A DNA stretch of 64,000 nucleotides from Clostridia bacterium (GTDB taxonomy: Bacteria; Bacillota; Clostridia; Oscillospirales; CAG-272). Position 1 is the first letter of the stretch; every line of letters starts with the position of its first letter. Shown here piece after piece: positions 60,682 to 64,000 of the stretch. The stretch lies in assembly GCA_017410065.1 (NCBI GenBank), contig JAFQRL010000024.1:6173-70172 (forward strand). The letters run 5' to 3'. Under the pieces are notes generated by a model, which was not told where the DNA came from, did no database searches, and worked only from the letters and a program-made list of their open reading frames with translations. Both the position numbers and the translations under genes were made by a program.

Positions 60682-62475
60682 ATGACACTCAAAAGAATCG
60701 TATCTCTCCTTCTCGCGCTTGTGATGTGCCTTGGAATGTGCTTTGCACTTGCATCCTGCGGCGAAGAGGCTGAGACAGGCAACAAGAACCAGACCGCACC
60801 GAGAGACCCTAACGATGTCAAAATGGAAAACGCATTTGCCTTCGTTATCCGTGATCTTGAGATCAATATGGAGGGTAACAATGCAAAGCTTAAGGTGCTT
60901 GAGCTCTACGTAGCCGAGAAAGACGGCAAGTATATGGGCGGCGGCACAGGTAAGATCACCGTTAACTTCGCAGGCGAAAACGTAGCCCTTGATGCAAGCC
61001 TCGTTTACGAGGACGGCAAGCTTTTCGCATCCGTCAGCGCGGCTATGAACGGCGAAAAGCAGTCTATGCACCTTGCACTTGACGGCGAGGAGTTCATTTC
61101 CTTCGCTATTGATAGCACAGGCGTAAACCTTGAAGAGATAATGGCAGAGGTCAATAACCAGCTCACAAGCAACAAGGAGGACCTTGAGGCTTGGGTATCC
61201 GAGGAGCTTCTCCCCTCTCTTGGCGATATCAGCTCTCTCCTTCCCACAGACGAGGAGATCGAGGCGGCTTACGCATACGTTATGGCGATCGCCGATAAGT
61301 TTATCTCCAAGAAGGAGGTTGGCGCAAATGTTGAGATCACCCTTGATCTCACGACCCTTAAGTCCTGGGTAGCTTCTCTTAAGACCGCAAAGGTCGCAGA
61401 GCTTATCGACGATATCCTTGGCGACAACACCTACGCAACCATTAAGGAAGCAGTTCCCGGTCTTCTTTCCTTCACCGTTGGTGACGTTATTGCGGAATTT
61501 GAGAAGAACGGCGGCAGCGTTCAGGATCTTATTGATGCTATAAACGCACTCTTCGTTATCTTCGATGCTCCCGAGGGCTTTGATCTTGATGCAGCCTTCA
61601 AGGAGGCTATGCCCGAATTTGAGGGAACTGTCGTTGATTACATCAAGTCTCCCGAGATCTCCTCTATGTGCCTTAACACCTTCCTTATTATGGCATTCTC
61701 CACCGAGGATCACGTTATGACGGCAGAAGAGCTTCAGGAAATGATAGGCGGCGTATTTGCAGAGCTTGAGTCCAAGACCTTTGTTGAAATGACAGGTATG
61801 TCCGAGGACGATCTCGCATCTGTAAGCGCGGCTGTTGATATGGTCAGCCAGATGATCAACTGCAAGGTAGTTGCTAATAAGACCACAGGCGAGCTCGTTT
61901 CCATCGAATACAACGTAAGCGTTCCCGGTGAGGTTGCGGCAAGCGCAAATCTTAAGGTAACGAAGACGGCAACAGGTGCGAAGGCAAGCTTCGACGTTAA
62001 GATGGCGGGCGAGACCATCGCAAAGGGCACCGCAGAGGCAGTTGTTGGCGGCGACGGCTACTACAACAAGCTCACTCTTGCAAACGGCAAGAAGTATCTT
62101 GGCTATATTGACGGCTTCTCCATCGACAGCATCGATGCGGCTCTTATGGCAGGTCTCTACGACGCGCAGGATTCAACCGCTATTTACGGCGAGGACGGCG
62201 AAAAGATCGGTATTGTTATCTCCACCGAGTATAACGGAACCTACACCGTATACTACGCTGACGTTCTGGCTGCTATGGTAGCCGAGAGCGAGGGTATGGG
62301 TATGTATAACGTTGTATACGTTGCAGATAGAGAATACACCTACACCGAAGGCGGCTACTACGATGAGCTTGGAAATTACATCGAGGGCAATGAGGTCACA
62401 GAGACCTACGCTACCACCGTTTCCGCTCAGTTCGTCGTTGATATGAAAACAGGCCTTCTTGTTCAGATGTATTGA
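60682..62475 (+). CDS. Large acidic lipoprotein, unknown function (paralogue 2)
   Basis: RBS GGAGG, MTLKRIVSLLLALVMC...ALASC lipobox; codon usage resembles highly expressed genes. Confidence 0.82.
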   Translation: MTLKRIVSLLLALVMCLGMCFALASCGEEAETGNKNQTAPRDPNDVKMENAFAFVIRDLEINMEGNNAKLKVLELYVAEKDGKYMGGGTGKITVNFAGENVALDASLVYEDGKLFASVSAAMNGEKQSMHLALDGEEFISFAIDSTGVNLEEIMAEVNNQLTSNKEDLEAWVSEELLPSLGDISSLLPTDEEIEAAYAYVMAIADKFISKKEVGANVEITLDLTTLKSWVASLKTAKVAELIDDILGDNTYATIKEAVPGLLSFTVGDVIAEFEKNGGSVQDLIDAINALFVIFDAPEGFDLDAAFKEAMPEFEGTVVDYIKSPEISSMCLNTFLIMAFSTEDHVMTAEELQEMIGGVFAELESKTFVEMTGMSEDDLASVSAAVDMVSQMINCKVVANKTTGELVSIEYNVSVPGEVAASANLKVTKTATGAKASFDVKMAGETIAKGTAEAVVGGDGYYNKLTLANGKKYLGYIDGFSIDSIDAALMAGLYDAQDSTAIYGEDGEKIGIVISTEYNGTYTVYYADVLAAMVAESEGMGMYNVVYVADREYTYTEGGYYDELGNYIEGNEVTETYATTVSAQFVVDMKTGLLVQMY

Positions 62476-62522
62476 TACACCTAAACAAAAAGCCAAAAGC
62501 GAAAAAAACTATTAAATAAAGC

Positions 62523-62556
62523 GAGGGCTGTCTCACTTGGAGACAGCCCTTTTTTT
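62523..62556 (+). terminator. Intrinsic terminator
   Basis: AGGGCTGTCTC-ACTTG-GAGACAGCCCT-TTTTTT. Confidence 0.85.
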
Positions 62557-62627
62557 ACTTGATTGCTATAAAAAATAAAAGCTTTTTGCGCTGAAATGTA
62601 AACTATTGTTATAATATTATCTAAAAA

Positions 62628-63668
62628 TCACACGAGGAGCAGCACTAGCGGCATTGTGATAATGGAAAGTATCGTTGAGATAGTAACGAGGCGGGAGACG
62701 TAGACCGAGTCGCAGTCGTATTGCTCGGCAAACATAGTTGCACTGGAGGCGGCGGGAGCTGCGGCAAGTATCAGGCAAACGCACATAGCGTTCTGATCCA
62801 TCGGAAGACCGATGAGGATAAGAAGCTTAAGAAGCCCAAGGGTGGCGAGGGGGAGCAGAACGTGGCGATAGAGTAAGAAGAGGAACATATATTTATCCTT
62901 GAGGATGCCCTTGAAGCTCATATCCGCAAGGCGGATACCGATTATGAGCATTGAGAGGGGAACGACAAGGTTTTTCAGTAGTGTGAGTGCCTCAAGAATA
63001 AACTTTATAACCACCGACTCGGTGATATATTCGGGGGTGAAGCTTGAGAAGGGGACGATGAAGAACACAAGTCCGAGAGCCGCCGCGATGGTTACGGGGT
63101 GGAGGAGAGCCTTCGTTATTGCCTTGCCGAAGTTCAGCTTTGCGTGGACCTCCTTTATATCCTCGGCATAGGACTGATCGTCAACGCCGTCGCCGTCGGT
63201 GTCTCTGTCCTCGTTGCAGATATAAACGCCGAGAGACCAAAGGAAGAGATTGAATACGATATTATAAATGGATGCGTACATCGTTGCACCCGGGCACACG
63301 GGCTCTATTACCGCTCCGATAAGAGGTATTCCCATAAATGCGGCGTTTGAAAAGATGGTTGCAAAGCGGAGCATCGGGCGGGCGGACCTTGAAGCCTTCT
63401 TAAAGGAAAGCATAGCGACCGCGGCGAAGATGATATGTATTATAACGGAAACAAGAAGCACCCAAAGAGAATTGATGAGTATCTTCATATCAAATTCGCG
63501 GATATACGCAAGGAAAACGAGGGCGGGCTGTGCGATATATAAAACAAGCTTTGATAGTCCCTTGCCAAAGCCCTCGGGGCAAAGGCGAAGCTTCTTCATA
63601 ATGAAGCCTGGGATCATCATTGCAAACATCAGAGCAACGTTATAAACTATGGGGAAAAAGTACGTCAT
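62628..63668 (-). CDS. AEC (auxin efflux carrier/malate permease) family transporter
   Basis: LVLYIAQPAL, FSNAAFMGIPL, PLSMLIIG, PAASSATMFAEQY, STILSIITMP. Confidence 0.9.
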   Translation of the reverse strand: MTYFFPIVYNVALMFAMMIPGFIMKKLRLCPEGFGKGLSKLVLYIAQPALVFLAYIREFDMKILINSLWVLLVSVIIHIIFAAVAMLSFKKASRSARPMLRFATIFSNAAFMGIPLIGAVIEPVCPGATMYASIYNIVFNLFLWSLGVYICNEDRDTDGDGVDDQSYAEDIKEVHAKLNFGKAITKALLHPVTIAAALGLVFFIVPFSSFTPEYITESVVIKFILEALTLLKNLVVPLSMLIIGIRLADMSFKGILKDKYMFLFLLYRHVLLPLATLGLLKLLILIGLPMDQNAMCVCLILAAAPAASSATMFAEQYDCDSVYVSRLVTISTILSIITMPLVLLLV

Positions 63669-63785
63669 ATAGCCTCCTTTTAATTAACTCCATTATTTTA
63701 TCATTTTATTGGGAAAAAGTCAATAGTGAGGTGAAAAGATAATTGTAATACTACGGGTTAAACTCGTATAAATAGCGGTTATATA

Positions 63786-63814
63786 TTGACTTTTATTGTC
63801 GTTTATGGTAGAAT
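63786..63814 (+). promoter_or_regulatory. sigma-A promoter for a gene beginning beyond the window
   Basis: TTGACT-17 nt-TAGAAT with TG extension; window ends in RBS GGAGGGAGG. Confidence 0.65.
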
Positions 63815-64000
63815 ATATTCGGTACTTCAAGTACCCGTAGAGCACCATATACGGTGGCGGTTGCTTCCCATCTAAAAGAGGGGGAGCGAAAATTTCTTTT
63901 GTCTCGCTTCGGCTCGGGCACGTTCGAGGGGAAACGATTATTAATCGTTTTCTAACACTCTAACGCCGCTTCGCTACCCTTCAATTTCGTTGGAGGGAGG

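Noticed and set aside
60604-61713. 369-aa minus-strand ORF
   Set aside because: Antisense shadow of the lipoprotein gene, which has an RBS, lipobox and paralogue support.

Overview
Chromosomal origin region of a spore-forming Clostridia-class bacterium (Oscillospirales-like by gene style; this is inference). It carries dnaA-dnaN-recF-remB-gyrB-gyrA with oriC between dnaA and dnaN, parA/parB with four perfect parS sites, hrcA-grpE-dnaK-dnaJ with CIRCE, rny-ymdB-mnmG, spoVA genes, a complete rnfCDGEAB operon, a SipW/TasA-like locus, several transporters and two paralogous lipoproteins. No tRNA, rRNA, CRISPR, transposase or prophage was seen. Most notable: (1) a family of intergenic hairpin arrays (about 1.8, 10.1-10.7, 18.7-19.2 and 56.8-57.0 kb). 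In the two-armed copies, short linkers repeat directly in a left arm and as reverse complements in a right arm, the linker sequence co-varies between variants, and the linkers are separated by mini-hairpins often capped by DNA-type GNA triloops. (2) An oriC that appears to use a non-canonical DnaA box (TTTTCAACA) together with a DnaA whose box-reading residues are altered, with a second cluster of the same box inside the parA-parB gap. (3) An RnfG with three FMN-binding-like domains. (4) An XRE-HTH protein ending in a MinD-type membrane-targeting helix. (5) A GH2 mannosidase homologue lacking its catalytic motifs.
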